Below are positions 22,087 to 31,507 of a DNA stretch of 64,000 nucleotides, one piece after another (the stretch's first letter is position 1; every line of letters begins with the position of its first letter). The DNA is from Sulfurimonas sp. (GTDB lineage Bacteria; Campylobacterota; Campylobacteria; Campylobacterales; Sulfurimonadaceae). Under the pieces are notes generated by a model, which saw only the letters and a list, made by a program, of their open reading frames with translations, ran no database searches and was not told where the DNA came from. Position numbers and translations under genes: made by a program. The stretch spans positions 3,875-67,874 of the forward strand of contig JAQTZE010000004.1 in assembly GCA_028687935.1 (NCBI GenBank), in the 5' to 3' direction.

Positions 22087-22350
22087 CTATTTTAAGTTCT
22101 CGAATGGTGCAGTTACAACTGCTTTACGAGTTACTGTATAAGGAATGAGTGCTGCTGCACGAGCTCTTTTAATTACGATAGTAATCATGTCTTGGTGACG
22201 TTTACAGTTACCTGTTAAACGACGTGGCATAATTTTATATCTTTCTGAAAGAGAGAAACGTAAAGCTCCTACATCTTTATAATCCATGAATTCAACTTTT
22301 GATTCACAGTACTTACAAAATCTTTTTTTGTATTTTCTTTTTTCTGACAT
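22087..22350 (-). CDS. rpsR: 30S ribosomal protein S18
   Basis: 87 aa. Last gene of the rpsF-ssb-rpsR operon. Confidence 0.95.
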   Translation of the reverse strand: MSEKRKYKKRFCKYCESKVEFMDYKDVGALRFSLSERYKIMPRRLTGNCKRHQDMITIVIKRARAAALIPYTVTRKAVVTAPFENLK

Positions 22351-22374
22351 GGTATTTCCTTTTGTTATCTATTT

Positions 22375-22917
22375 CTAAAATGGAATTTCATCTTCGTCTA
22401 TGTCAATAGTAGGAATATCATTGCTACTCGGCATTTGACGACTCTGCTCTCTAGCGTTATTGTAGCTAGGCTGCTGTGGTTGCTGATAACTTTGCGCTCT
22501 TCCTTGTTGTGGTGGAGCATAAGAGTCTTGGCCATAATCCTGTGAAGGAGCAGGTATACTTCCCATACCACCTTGGCTTGCGCCTTGGTTGTCACCTTTA
22601 GAGTCGAGCATTTGCATTGTTTCAACTACAACTGAATGCTTTGAACGCTTTTGTCCATTTTGGTCTACCCATTGGTCGAAACTGAGTCTCCCTTCTACGA
22701 GGATTTTACTCCCTTTTCGAAGGTATTGGTTGGCTATCTCTGCACTTCTTGCAAAAAATGTAATGTCAACGAAACAGATTTCTTCTTTCTTTTCACCATT
22801 ACTAGTGAACTTACGGCTTGTTGCGATAGCAGTGCTTGCTATACCCATTCCGCCTTGAGAGTATCTGAGTTCGATGTCGCGAGTTAAGTTTCCAACTAAT
22901 ATGACTTTATTAAACAT
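22375..22917 (-). CDS. ssb: Single-stranded DNA-binding protein
   Basis: 180 aa. OB fold, Gln/Pro-rich linker and the acidic tip DIDEDEIPF. Confidence 0.95.
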   Translation of the reverse strand: MFNKVILVGNLTRDIELRYSQGGMGIASTAIATSRKFTSNGEKKEEICFVDITFFARSAEIANQYLRKGSKILVEGRLSFDQWVDQNGQKRSKHSVVVETMQMLDSKGDNQGASQGGMGSIPAPSQDYGQDSYAPPQQGRAQSYQQPQQPSYNNAREQSRQMPSSNDIPTIDIDEDEIPF

Positions 22918-22947
22918 GGGTTTTCCTTAATGTTAAGCGTTTTGCTA

Positions 22948-23358
22948 TTACTCTGCTGCTGCTTCTGCTTCTACAGCTGTTTCTTCTACAGCTACTTCAG
23001 TTTCTGCTTTTGGAGCAGTTGTACCTTTTTTAGCTTTTTCAACAAGTTTGTTCCAAGCTGCAATTTCGCGATTTGTATCATATTTGATAGTCACGAAACG
23101 AAGGAGTTCCTCGTTAATACGGAAACGTCTTTCGATTTCAGAGATTGCTGATGGAGCAATTGTATAATAAATAACATGGAAATATCCACGCTCATTTTTA
23201 TTGATTGGGTATGCTAATTTCCTCATGCCCATTGCATCTGTAGTTGCGATTTCGCCACCGTTAGAAGTAATAACTTCTTCGATAGCAGCAATGCTACTGT
23301 GAATTTCTTCTGCTGTAAGTGTAGGTTTTACGATTACTAAGTTTTCGTAGTGTCTCAT
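22948..23358 (-). CDS. rpsF: 30S ribosomal protein S6
   Basis: Start chosen at MRHYENLVIV (ATG 23358), which follows a perfect aaggag SD. The ORF-track TTG start at 23388 is unlikely. The C-terminal tail is Glu/Ala-rich. Confidence 0.93.
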   Translation of the reverse strand: MRHYENLVIVKPTLTAEEIHSSIAAIEEVITSNGGEIATTDAMGMRKLAYPINKNERGYFHVIYYTIAPSAISEIERRFRINEELLRFVTIKYDTNREIAAWNKLVEKAKKGTTAPKAETEVAVEETAVEAEAAAE

Positions 23359-23464
23359 AGAGTATGATCTCCTTTTGGTATTTGCCAAAGTGGCGCTTGT
23401 TTCCCTTTCGGATTTAAATATATCTTTATCAAAAGATACAAAGAGAAAGGAACGCGGAATTATA
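23359..23464 (-). promoter_or_regulatory. Structured 5' leader and -10 box of the rpsF operon (candidate S6:S18 autoregulatory leader)
   Basis: On the minus strand there is a tataat at 23459-23464. It is followed by a nested stem: GUUCCUUUC...GAAAGGGAAC enclosing AUCUUU-UGAU-AAAGAU. A UUUGG-caaaua-CCAAA hairpin then abuts the SD. Confidence 0.3.
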
Positions 23465-23601
23465 TATGATTTAAGCTTAAAATAAGCAAATAAGGGAGGA
23501 GTTATCAGCTAATAGCTTGATTTTTAGATGACAAAATGCCAAGAAATATAAAGCTTTTTGCTTTAGTAGGGTATAGTTTGAAAAATTAAATTAAAGCGTA
23601 T

Positions 23602-24681
23602 ATGATGGCAAAAAGAAAAAAAAGTAAAGTGAGTTCACAATCAACATTTCTCACTACTGTAGCATGGATTTTGGCGATTATTGCCTTGATTCTGAGTGCA
23701 CTTGTTGGAGGATATTATTTTGGTTATGAAAACGCAAAAGAAGATTTTGCCAAACAAGAGAAGCTAGAGAGACAAAAAAAAGTAGCTTATCTGAAAAAAC
23801 TTGAAGATGAGAGTAAAAAACAAGAAGAGAAAAGTGTCAATGAAAAGCTCAAAGATGTACTCAAAAAAGAGGAAACGCATAAAGAAGCTGTAGTAAAAGA
23901 AGAAACACGAAAGCTAGAAGCACTCAAGCCAGAAGTGAAAAAAGAGAGTGTAAATTATACTTCGGCTGCACATGAGATTGATGATGAGAAGCTTGACACT
24001 ATGGCTACAGTAGAGAGAGAAATTAAAAGCACAAGCACAAAACCAAGAGTTGCTATCATAATAGATGATGTGAGTACCCGCGCACAAGTCCAAGCAATCA
24101 AAAATCTTTCTTTTCCTGTGACAATGTCCTTTTTACCTCCAAGTTCAGGGCATCCACAGTCTGCAAAACTTGCGGCTAAAGAGAGTTTTTATATGGTTCA
24201 CCTTCCTATGGAAGCTCAAAATTTTAACGCAGAAGAGCCTTCTACGCTGAGAATTAGTGACTCTCAAGAGAAAATATCTGCACGTGTTGCGCAGATTAAA
24301 GAGCTATTTCCCAAGGTGCATTATATAAATAACCACACAGGTAGTAAGTTTACTTCTGATGAAGCGGCTATGAGTAAGTTGGTCTCTGCTCTGAAATCAA
24401 ACGGCATCAACTTTGTCGATAGTAGAACAACGGGAAGTACAAAAGCACCAAAAGTGATGAAGCAACTGGGTTTGACTTATGTTGCTAGAGATGTTTTTTT
24501 GGATCATCAAATGGATAAAGCCTTTATCAAAAAACAGATCAAAAAAGTTATAGAGATTGCTAAAAAACATGGCAGCGCAATAGCAATCGGCCATCCACAT
24601 ACCAATACACTTTTGACTTTAAGAGAGTCAAAAGATCTTTTCAAAGATGTTGAGTTGGTCTATATAAATAAAATGTACTAA
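23602..24681 (+). CDS. Divergent polysaccharide deacetylase family protein (YibQ-like)
   Basis: 359 aa. TM anchor, a Lys/Glu-rich linker and a YibQ-like core (VAIIIDDV, NNHTGSKFTSD). Confidence 0.7.
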   Translation: MMAKRKKSKVSSQSTFLTTVAWILAIIALILSALVGGYYFGYENAKEDFAKQEKLERQKKVAYLKKLEDESKKQEEKSVNEKLKDVLKKEETHKEAVVKEETRKLEALKPEVKKESVNYTSAAHEIDDEKLDTMATVEREIKSTSTKPRVAIIIDDVSTRAQVQAIKNLSFPVTMSFLPPSSGHPQSAKLAAKESFYMVHLPMEAQNFNAEEPSTLRISDSQEKISARVAQIKELFPKVHYINNHTGSKFTSDEAAMSKLVSALKSNGINFVDSRTTGSTKAPKVMKQLGLTYVARDVFLDHQMDKAFIKKQIKKVIEIAKKHGSAIAIGHPHTNTLLTLRESKDLFKDVELVYINKMY

Positions 24682-25454
24682 TGCAAAAATTCACCCATTT
24701 TCCCCAAGAACTTTCAGTGATGAAACAACAACTCAAAGAGTTGTATTTTCTTGGAAACGCAGCGCTTTTAGAGCGCAAAAAAATCTCTATAGTTGGCAGT
24801 CGTAAGCCAACACAATACTCCCGTCAAATGACACGTGAACTCTCTCAAAAACTCTCAAAAGCAGGTCTTTGTATTGTCAGTGGAGGAGCGATGGGAATCG
24901 ATGCAATGGCACATAGTGGAGCAGGGAGTGCAAATACTATCGCAGTGTTGCCTTGTGGACTTGAACATAAATATCCTAGTGTAAACGCAGCACTTCTTGG
25001 AGAGATAGAAAAACAAGGGCTTTTGCTCAGTCAGTTTGCTCCTGCGTTTAAGGCGACTGCGTGGAGCTTTGTACTTAGGAATGAAATAGTCGTAGCTCTT
25101 GGAGATGTTTTGGTTGTGAGTGAAGCCGAACTTGGAAGCGGAAGTATGCGAAGCGTAGAATTTGCACTTGCAATGGGGAAAGAGATCTACGTTTTACCTC
25201 AGAGAATTGGTGAGAGTTCTGCGACGCAAAAACTTCTTCAAGAGGGCAAAGCGCAGGCCATCTATGATATCGATGCTTTTGTCGCAAAGTTTGGAGTTGT
25301 TGAAGTGGCTCAAGTGATAGAAGATGACTTTAGACTTTTTTGTAAAACAAATCCAAGCTATGAAGAGCTTCTAAAAAAGTATCCCCAAAGAGCTTTTGAA
25401 GCGGAGTTAAACGCAGAGATAGAGATACGCAATGCGAAGGTTTTTTTGCTTTAG
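24681..25454 (+). CDS. dprA: DNA processing protein DprA
   Basis: 257 aa. Motifs GSRKPT.Y and SGGAMGIDAMAH. Confidence 0.9.
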   Translation: MQKFTHFPQELSVMKQQLKELYFLGNAALLERKKISIVGSRKPTQYSRQMTRELSQKLSKAGLCIVSGGAMGIDAMAHSGAGSANTIAVLPCGLEHKYPSVNAALLGEIEKQGLLLSQFAPAFKATAWSFVLRNEIVVALGDVLVVSEAELGSGSMRSVEFALAMGKEIYVLPQRIGESSATQKLLQEGKAQAIYDIDAFVAKFGVVEVAQVIEDDFRLFCKTNPSYEELLKKYPQRAFEAELNAEIEIRNAKVFLL

Positions 25455-25464
25455 GTGGATTATT

Positions 25465-26493
25465 TTAGAGTATCAACATCGCATCGCCATACGAGTAAAA
25501 ACGATACTGCTCTTTTATAGCTTCAGCATAAAGTTCCTGCGTTTTCTCTAGACCTACAAACGCAGCTACCAACATAAGTAGCGTTGATTTTGGAAGGTGA
25601 AAGTTTGTTAGTAGATGATTGACTCTGAGTGGTTTATTATTTGGGTGCAAAAATAGATTTGCTTCACCGCTGAGCTGCGTTTTATGTCGTGCATAGAACT
25701 CTACAGTTCGTGTTGAAGTTGTTCCGATGCTGAGTATCTTTGTATCTGACTCTAGTAAAGTTTTTGCTTCAGCAGATATATCATAATATTCAGAGTGCAT
25801 TGGATGATCTGTGATGATCTCCGCTTCAACAGGCTTAAATGTTCCGCTTCCTACATGGAGTGTCACATAGGCGTGTTTGTAGTTCTCGCAGATACGGGCA
25901 TGCTGTTCTTCTGTGAAATGCAAAGAAGCCGTAGGCGCGGCAACGGCACCTTCTTCTTTAGCAAAGACACTTTGGTACTCCTGCGCATCTTCTTGGTTGT
26001 CTTCTCTTTGGATGTAAGGTGGCAGAGGAATATGACCGATAGTATCTATAATAGGAAGCAACTCTTCAAAACGCAAGGAAGAACCATTCTTTTCAAACGC
26101 AACTGTACGACTTCCATCATCATGCAGCTCTTTGACAATCGCAACAAGCTCTGCATCAAAAAATATCTGCATATCTGGCTTGACTTTACCACGGATATAG
26201 ACATTGATATCTGTTGCGTTTAGCGCTTTATTGATAAGCAGCTCGATTTTTCCACCACTTTTTTTATGGCCAAAGAGTCTTGCTTTTATCACTTTTGTGT
26301 TGTTAAAAAGAAGTGCCACATTTTGGGGTAAGAACTTTTCCAAGTCATAAAAGTGCGCATGTGTGATGCAATTTGTTGCTCTGTCGTAGACTAAAAGTTT
26401 TGCATGGTCTCTGGGGTGTGCGGGATAAGTCGCTATGAGCTCTGAGGGAAGCTCAAAGTCATAGCTTGAAGTGAAGTACTCTTTTGTGTGCAC
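25465..26493 (-). CDS. queA: S-adenosylmethionine:tRNA ribosyltransferase-isomerase
   Basis: 342 aa with the YDFELPSELIA N-terminus typical of QueA. Confidence 0.93.
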   Translation of the reverse strand: MHTKEYFTSSYDFELPSELIATYPAHPRDHAKLLVYDRATNCITHAHFYDLEKFLPQNVALLFNNTKVIKARLFGHKKSGGKIELLINKALNATDINVYIRGKVKPDMQIFFDAELVAIVKELHDDGSRTVAFEKNGSSLRFEELLPIIDTIGHIPLPPYIQREDNQEDAQEYQSVFAKEEGAVAAPTASLHFTEEQHARICENYKHAYVTLHVGSGTFKPVEAEIITDHPMHSEYYDISAEAKTLLESDTKILSIGTTSTRTVEFYARHKTQLSGEANLFLHPNNKPLRVNHLLTNFHLPKSTLLMLVAAFVGLEKTQELYAEAIKEQYRFYSYGDAMLIL

Positions 26494-26494
26494 T

Positions 26495-27301
26495 CTATTT
26501 CTCTAAACGTGCAGTCTCATCTGCTTCATCTTCTTCCTCAGTGACTTCGCTCTCTTCTTCTAGCGGAGGAGCAGGGTTGACCGCGCGAACTATGAGGATA
26601 GAGATACCATAGAGGATAACAAGAGGCACAGCCATAAGTAGTTGTGTCAAAACATCTGGAGGTGTCAAAAGTGCTGCAACGATAAAGATAAGGACAACAG
26701 CATACTTAAAAAAGTCACGCATCTGTCTGTCATCTACAAGTCCCAAAAGTGCCAAAAAGTAAGCAAATATTGGTAGCTCAAACGCAAGACCAAAACCAAA
26801 CATGATTTTTGTAAAGAAGCCGACATAATCTTCAATATTGATAAGTGGAGTAAATTTGAAACTACCAAAGGTGATGAGAAAGTCAAATCCAAAAGGAGTC
26901 ACGACATAATAAGCAAAGGCAACGCCGATAAAAAACATACCACTTCCACCGATGATAAAAGGAATGATCATTTTTTTCTCATTTGCATATAAACCAGGAG
27001 CTACAAACATCCATAATTGGCCGAGTATGATTGGTAAAGAAGCTAGTAGTGATGCAAAAAATGCAACTTTGAGTGCTACGAAAAATGCACCTCCAACTTG
27101 ACTTGTTGTAACCATACCATCAGCCGCATGAAGAGATTTTTTTCCTACTTCTATAAGTGCGACATTGAGAGGTTCAACGATCCAGTTTAAAAGAGGCTCA
27201 TGGAAGTAAAACATTACAAAAAACATAACAACAAGGGTAGCAACCGAGATGCCAAGTCGTTTTCTCAGTTCAATTAGGTGTGGTCTTAAATCATCAAACA
27301 T
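26495..27301 (-). CDS. tatC: Twin-arginine translocase subunit TatC
   Basis: 268 aa polytopic membrane protein. Follows tatB with an 8-nt overlap. Confidence 0.93.
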   Translation of the reverse strand: MFDDLRPHLIELRKRLGISVATLVVMFFVMFYFHEPLLNWIVEPLNVALIEVGKKSLHAADGMVTTSQVGGAFFVALKVAFFASLLASLPIILGQLWMFVAPGLYANEKKMIIPFIIGGSGMFFIGVAFAYYVVTPFGFDFLITFGSFKFTPLINIEDYVGFFTKIMFGFGLAFELPIFAYFLALLGLVDDRQMRDFFKYAVVLIFIVAALLTPPDVLTQLLMAVPLVILYGISILIVRAVNPAPPLEEESEVTEEEDEADETARLEK

Positions 27302-27695
27302 CAGTTTTCTCTTCTTTACTTATAGGTTTTGGTTTTTTTTCAAAAGTGATTTTTTCTTGTATAGGCGCTGCTTTTGGTGTAGGAGATTTTTCTGCCTCTG
27401 AGAGGATGTCATCGCCGATCTTAGACATCGCTTCGCCTACTTTTGTCATATCAGTTACACGATTAAGCTCTTCGCTAGCACCAAGAAGCTCTTTTTTATA
27501 AGAGAGTGCTTCTTTTTTTATCTCAGAAACATTCATCTCTTCTTCGATGGAATCTTTGAGTGTTCCTATAGTTTTTTTCATACTACGGAAAAATTTTGCG
27601 ATATCAACCATCGCACTCGGAAGTTTATCCGGTCCAAGAAAGAGGATAGCGATGACGAGAATAATAAGCATTTCAGAAAAACCCATACCAAACAT
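27294..27695 (-). CDS. tatB: Twin-arginine translocase subunit TatB
   Basis: 133 aa. N-terminus MFGMGFSEMLIILVIAILFLGPDKLP. Confidence 0.85.
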   Translation of the reverse strand: MFGMGFSEMLIILVIAILFLGPDKLPSAMVDIAKFFRSMKKTIGTLKDSIEEEMNVSEIKKEALSYKKELLGASEELNRVTDMTKVGEAMSKIGDDILSEAEKSPTPKAAPIQEKITFEKKPKPISKEEKTDV

Positions 27696-27756
27696 GTAAC
27701 ACCTTTGTAATTTTTAAGTTGAGTGTGATTCTAGCCAAACAATAATTAATCTATCT

Positions 27757-28812
27757 TCAAGAGGATAAAAAAAGTGCTATCTCATCGGAAAGCAAGAAAT
27801 CCTTATTGTAAAAAGTCTCTCCATCAAAAGTGAGCTTCGCTTCATCGACTAGAAGCAGTGCTCGCTTGAGCTCTTGGGGACTCAGGATATCCTGTGCAAT
27901 CCCGACACATGAACGAAGCCCAAGAAAAAACTCTTCTAACTTTTTATCTTCAGCTGTGAGTGATTCGCTTTGGATATCGAGAGGATTTTTGATGTAGGCT
28001 TCGATATCTGATGTAGGATAAAATCGTTCCATACCAAGTTTGCCAACCGCTCCACTCCCTGCACCGATATAATCCTCATACATCCAGTAGCCTAAGTTGT
28101 GTCTACTGCGATAATCTCCGAAGTTACTTATCTCGTACTGTTTGAAGCCGCGTTTTTCTATCTCAGAAAATAGCCATGAAGTGAGAGAGAGTTTTTCTTT
28201 GGACATATGCGGTTTTTTCTCAAATGGTGTTCCCTCTTCGATAGTCAGCGCATACGCACTTATATGGTTGATTGGAAGGCTAAACGCAGTCTCTATATCA
28301 TGAAGCAGAAGCTCTTTTGTATCGCCAAGTGTCGCATAGATAAGATCCAGAGAGAGATTTTTAAATCCAACTTTAGCTGCGTTTTGCACAGCTTCTATGG
28401 CCTGTTTTGAAGAGTGGGCACGATTGAGAAGTTTGAGTTTTTCTTCATTGAAACTTTGAGTGCCAAAGCTGATACGGTTGATTCCAAGTGCGTGCATTCC
28501 TTCGAGCCACTCATAGGTCGCAGAGTTTGGATTTGCTTCGCTAGTCATCTCGATATCATCTGCAAAATAGGGCCCCAAAAGCTCAAAAATCGGCGCGTAA
28601 AGTTTGGGCGCAACTGTCGAGGGCGTACCGCCACCGATAAAAAGCGTTTGGATACTTTTCTCTTGTGTATCAAAGCGTTTAAGTTCATATATGAGCTGCG
28701 TTTGCAGAGCAAGCATATAGTGCTCTTTGAGATGAAATTTATCGACATAAGAGTTAAATGCACAGTAAGAACATTTAGAATCGCAAAATGGGATGTGTAT
28801 ATAGAGTAGCAT
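27757..28812 (-). CDS. hemW: Radical SAM heme chaperone HemW (HemN-like)
   Basis: 351 aa. Motif YIHIPFCDSKCSYCAFN (CxxxCxxC). Confidence 0.88.
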   Translation of the reverse strand: MLLYIHIPFCDSKCSYCAFNSYVDKFHLKEHYMLALQTQLIYELKRFDTQEKSIQTLFIGGGTPSTVAPKLYAPIFELLGPYFADDIEMTSEANPNSATYEWLEGMHALGINRISFGTQSFNEEKLKLLNRAHSSKQAIEAVQNAAKVGFKNLSLDLIYATLGDTKELLLHDIETAFSLPINHISAYALTIEEGTPFEKKPHMSKEKLSLTSWLFSEIEKRGFKQYEISNFGDYRSRHNLGYWMYEDYIGAGSGAVGKLGMERFYPTSDIEAYIKNPLDIQSESLTAEDKKLEEFFLGLRSCVGIAQDILSPQELKRALLLVDEAKLTFDGETFYNKDFLLSDEIALFLSS

Positions 28813-29114
28813 TATACTTTAGACTCACGTTGCGTATACGTGTCAAGCAAAGAGAGATTGTACTTTGTAACCCATTTATGCAGGAAAAATGCATCCACAA
28901 ACCACCAAATCCATAAAGGTATGAAAAGTATGACACCTATGCCAATAAAGAGTGTCAAGAAAGTGATTATCCCAACTATAAGCATTAAGAGAGCTTTTGG
29001 CTGATTCATATAAAATCTATGGACTCCAAAAAGACCCAAAAACCACCATAAAAGATATGCAATAAGCATATTTTTCTTTTGGACTTCATATCTTGCAAGA
29101 TCAATATTTGTCAT
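28812..29114 (-). CDS. TM2 domain-containing membrane protein
   Basis: 100 aa. Motif LWWFLGLFGVHRFYMNQ. Confidence 0.75.
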   Translation of the reverse strand: MTNIDLARYEVQKKNMLIAYLLWWFLGLFGVHRFYMNQPKALLMLIVGIITFLTLFIGIGVILFIPLWIWWFVDAFFLHKWVTKYNLSLLDTYTQRESKV

Positions 29115-29250
29115 AATTTATACCTTGGGTTATATTTATCTTGAAGTATATCTAAAAATAAATGATGACAAAGGTGCACAATAAAGTTAAAATTATTTTA
29201 TTTTAATAGCGTTTTTTGTATAATCGCGTTACTAAAATATAGGTGCTTTT

Positions 29251-29721
29251 ATGAACAATAAAGATATATATCGTCCCAATGTTGCGATGATTATTGTCTC
29301 GGATGCCTATCCGGACAAAAAAGAGTTATTTATAGCACAAAGAAATGATCTCACAGATATCTGGCAGTTTCCACAGGGTGGTATTGATGCTGGAGAAGAG
29401 GTACATGAGGCTCTTTTTCGTGAACTCGAAGAGGAGATCGGGACAGCTGAAGCGGAGATAGTCGGTGAGTATCCTGAATGGATCTCTTATGATTTTCCTC
29501 CAATGATTGCTAAAACTATGAAGCCATATAAGGGACAAACGCAGCGTTATTTTTTACTGCGTTTAAAAGAAAACGCAGTGATAAACTTAGCGACTGAACA
29601 TCCTGAATTTATGTCACATAAATTTGTGAGTGTAGATGAAGTGCTGAATCTTACGGCGCATTTCAAAAAAAGTGTGTACGAAATTGTGATAAACCATTTT
29701 AAAAAAGAGGGGCTTTTATAG
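29251..29721 (+). CDS. rppH: RNA pyrophosphohydrolase (Nudix)
   Basis: 156 aa. Nudix box GGIDAGEEVHEALFRELEEEIG. Confidence 0.88.
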   Translation: MNNKDIYRPNVAMIIVSDAYPDKKELFIAQRNDLTDIWQFPQGGIDAGEEVHEALFRELEEEIGTAEAEIVGEYPEWISYDFPPMIAKTMKPYKGQTQRYFLLRLKENAVINLATEHPEFMSHKFVSVDEVLNLTAHFKKSVYEIVINHFKKEGLL

Positions 29722-30933
29722 ATGTTGATAGTTCAAAAGTTCGGCGGAACAAGTGTTGGTGATTTGGAGCGCATACAAAATGTAGCTAATCGTGTAAGCG
29801 AAACAAGAAAAGCTGGCAATGACGTGGTAGTCGTCGTCTCTGCAATGAGTGGAGAGACAAACAAGCTTGTAGCCTATGCAGAACACTTCTCTGCAACACC
29901 TGAACGCGGTGAAGTAGATATGCTTTTAAGCTCAGGAGAGAGAGTGACTGCTGCATTGTTGGCAATTGCACTTAATGAAATGGGTCACGCAGCTGTCTCC
30001 ATGAGCGGAAGACGTGCGGGAATTGTCACAGACAACTTGCACACAAAGGCTCGTATCGAAGAGATAGACCCGAGTGCGATGCATAAAGCTATCAAAGAAG
30101 GAAAAATCATTGTAGTTGCTGGTTTTCAGGGTGTCTCACTCGATGGAAATGTGACAACACTCGGACGTGGAGGCAGTGACCTTTCAGCTGTAGCTATCGC
30201 TGGAGCAATAGGTGCTGATCTGTGCGAAATCTATACGGATGTCAGTGGTATCTACACAACAGACCCACGTATCGAGCCAAAAGCGAAAAAACTTGATCGT
30301 ATTTCCTACGATGAGATGCTTGAACTTGCTAGTCTTGGTGCAAAAGTACTTCAAAACCGCTCAGTAGAACTCGCTAAAAAATTAAATGTCAATCTAGTCA
30401 CACGAACAAGCTTTTCTAACGAAGAGGGAACATTAATCACAAAGGAAGAAAATATTATGGAAAAACCATTAGTAAGCGGAATCGCATTAGACAAAAATCA
30501 GGCACGTGTCTCTCTTTTTGCTGTCAAAGACAGAACAGGTATCGCTTCTGAGATTTTTAATAAACTTGCACAAAGTAGTGTAAATATAGACATGATTATC
30601 CAAAATGTTGCGCATGATGGTTCTGCAAATATCGACTTTACAGTTCCTGTAAGTGATCTTACTGACGCAAAAGCTGTAGTAGATGGATTTATACAAAGCG
30701 GTGATATCAAAGGCGCTTCATATGATGAGAAGATCTGTAAAGTTTCTATCGTAGGTGTGGGTATGAAATCACACACAGGCGTTGCAGCAAAAGCATTTAC
30801 AACGATGGCAACTGAAAATATCAATATTACTATGATCTCAACATCTGAGATAAAAGTATCGATGGTAATCGCTGAGAAGTATGCTGAACTTGCTGTAAGA
30901 AGCTTGCACGACGCATACGAACTCGACAAGTAG
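29722..30933 (+). CDS. lysC: Aspartate kinase
   Basis: 403 aa. N-terminus VQKFGGTSV and two C-terminal ACT domains. Confidence 0.95.
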   Translation: MLIVQKFGGTSVGDLERIQNVANRVSETRKAGNDVVVVVSAMSGETNKLVAYAEHFSATPERGEVDMLLSSGERVTAALLAIALNEMGHAAVSMSGRRAGIVTDNLHTKARIEEIDPSAMHKAIKEGKIIVVAGFQGVSLDGNVTTLGRGGSDLSAVAIAGAIGADLCEIYTDVSGIYTTDPRIEPKAKKLDRISYDEMLELASLGAKVLQNRSVELAKKLNVNLVTRTSFSNEEGTLITKEENIMEKPLVSGIALDKNQARVSLFAVKDRTGIASEIFNKLAQSSVNIDMIIQNVAHDGSANIDFTVPVSDLTDAKAVVDGFIQSGDIKGASYDEKICKVSIVGVGMKSHTGVAAKAFTTMATENINITMISTSEIKVSMVIAEKYAELAVRSLHDAYELDK

Positions 30934-30943
30934 TCAAGTATTT

Positions 30944-31507
30944 ATGTCAGACTCTAGTCAAGACTTTGCGCAGTGGAGCTTAGATGCCATCAGAGAAGAG
31001 GGTGGGAGTCTTAGCTGGCTCGAAGAACACCGCTTTGACTGGACGACTACCACGGCACACGCGCTTGAGCAGATCCTCAGCGGAAAAACAATCATCCTTA
31101 TAACAGATGAGAAGAGAAGATGGCTTGAGCGTTATATCTTAGGCTCTATTAACAGTCTCAACATGCAAGAGAGACCACTTCTTCCGATTCTTAGCATTGA
31201 CAGTATCTATATGCATTACAACAGTGTGAGTAATGGAGAGATGATTGATGTGGTCGATGATATGATCTCACTTTCTTATAAAGATGATTACTTTTTTTGG
31301 TACATAGGCAAGGGTGATGATAAACGCTCTGATATTGCCAAAAGACGAGATAACAGTTATTTTTGGATATTTGATGAGAGTTTTAATAACTCTTTTATGC
31401 TCAAATCTTATGACTCGCATCTGGATATAAAACTGCTACAACTCTTTAGACTTTTCAATCTCTCTCTCAATGCGGCTCTTTTTGGAGAAGTCGATGTTAG
31501 CGCATAA
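30944..31507 (+). CDS. hobA: DnaA-binding protein HobA homologue
   Basis: 187 aa. The segments ERPLLPILSI and DSHLDIKLLQLFRLF resemble my recollection of H. pylori HobA (HP1230). It has the same lysC-hobA-holB-folP context. Confidence 0.6.
   Translation: MSDSSQDFAQWSLDAIREEGGSLSWLEEHRFDWTTTTAHALEQILSGKTIILITDEKRRWLERYILGSINSLNMQERPLLPILSIDSIYMHYNSVSNGEMIDVVDDMISLSYKDDYFFWYIGKGDDKRSDIAKRRDNSYFWIFDESFNNSFMLKSYDSHLDIKLLQLFRLFNLSLNAALFGEVDVSA

Noticed and set aside
22930-23151. The Cys/Phe-rich 73-aa ORF on the plus strand
   Set aside because: It lies entirely antisense to the 3' part of rpsF. Its odd composition mirrors the Glu/Ala-rich S6 tail.
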